A DNA stretch of 20,000 bases from Malacoraja senta (Eukaryota): NCBI GenBank assembly GCA_038087875.1, contig JAXLNO010000202.1, forward strand, positions 369,410 to 389,409. The letters are read 5' to 3'. Below are positions 19,186 to 20,000 of the stretch, piece after piece. A program made the translations under genes and the position numbers. Below the pieces are notes generated by a model. That model did no database searches and was not told the DNA's origin. It saw only the letters and a list, made by a program, of their open reading frames with translations. The number at the start of each line of letters is the position of its first letter. Position 1 is the first letter of the stretch.

Positions 19186-19223
19186 GGACAGTACCCAGCA
19201 GCGTCATGTTAAACGTAGGTGCA

Positions 19224-19371
19224 AGTGGGACCATTCTCTCCTCACCCACTCTCCTCTCTTCTCACCAGTGGGACCATTCTCTCCTCACCCACTCTATCCA
19301 CCAGTGGGAACATTCTCTCCTCACCCACTCTATCCACCAGTGGGAACATTCTCTCCTCACCCACTCTATCC
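19224..19371. repeat. 36-bp minisatellite, 4 copies
   Basis: AGTGGGA(A/C)CATTCTCTCCTCACCCACTCTATCCACC at 19224 (variant), 19267, 19303 and 19339. Confidence 0.92.
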
Positions 19372-19479
19372 AGTCAGTAATGTTTGTTTCTTGGCAATGA
19401 AAGATGGGGGAGAGTTGTGGGTCGGTTACGTGGTGGCGGGCCGAGTGATGAGCCGAGCAAGCGGCAGGGTGCTACTCAC

Positions 19480-19548
19480 AACGTGGCATACACTGGAATT
19501 AACATCACGCCGGGACACTGGGTGAAACGATCTGTGTGCAATGATTAT
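19480..19548 (-). other. Candidate host micro-exon (69 nt; alternative 52-nt form 19480-19531)
   Basis: Minus-strand pyrimidine-rich tract ..CCACCAG| acceptor and |GTGAGT donor in a CpG-containing segment with no recognisable repeat. Peptide not recognised. Confidence 0.25.
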
Positions 19549-19693
19549 CTGGTGGCCATGGAAACCAGACAGAGGAACAGCATGAAGCCCTGGAGTGGGT
19601 TCGGAGAGCATGGATTCTAAACCCCTCACTGCAATATGATGACGTCTGGTCGACTGGGACTGGCAGTGATCTGGGCCTCAGGGAGAGTATCTC

Positions 19694-19870
19694 GCCCATA
19701 GTAGGGGAATCAAGAACCAGAGGACATCGGTTTAAAATGAGCGGGGAAAGTTTTAATAAGAATCCGAGGGGTAACTTTTTCACACAGAGGGTGGTGGGTG
19801 TATGGAACAAGCTGCCAGAGGTAATTGAGGCAGGGACTATCCCAACGTTTAAGATACATTTGGGTGCGAT
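19694..19870 (+). mobile_element. CR1 ORF2 C-terminal fragment
   Basis: VGESRTRGHRFKMSGESFNKNPRGNFFTQRVVGVWNKLPEVIEAGTI. Confidence 0.88.
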
Positions 19871-20000
19871 GGGGCAGCTTGCCATGACTGTCCCGGCACA
19901 GTTCAGAGTAAGTGTTTGTATTTGTCGGCATTAGATGGTGAGAGGAGGCTCATTCATAACATTGAAACAGGCCCTTCAGCCCGACTTGCTCATGCCTTTG

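Noticed and set aside
19224..19371. 36-bp repeats of CRISPR-like length
   Set aside because: Directly tandem with no spacers; explained as a CR1-derived minisatellite.

Overview
Eukaryotic, transposon-dense non-coding DNA (intronic or intergenic). The repeat repertoire points to a cartilaginous fish, probably a skate or ray (inference, no database search): CR1/HER1-type LINEs, HE1-type V-SINEs, Rex1/Babar-type LINEs, L1 and Tx1 fragments, Penelope-like terminal repeats and Helitron-like elements. No host gene is confidently identified; there is one weak candidate micro-exon at 19480-19548 (-). The ORFs that can be recognised are retrotransposon ORF2 remnants or translations of simple repeats. 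Five points stand out. (1) A short repeat family carries a minimal hammerhead-ribozyme-like core (CTGAAGA..GAAAC-GTC) and recurs as head-to-head inversions centred on that core. (2) Two Helitron-like units lie in tandem, one carrying a Pol II promoter-like module: three TGACAG-N9-CCAAT composites, GC boxes, TATA and Inr. (3) There is a three-level nested insertion: L1 inside CR1 inside a CpG-rich unclassified element. (4) A young Rex1-like element with an intact 331-aa frame splits an HE1 SINE. (5) A microsatellite and a minisatellite appear to have grown out of LINE sequence.
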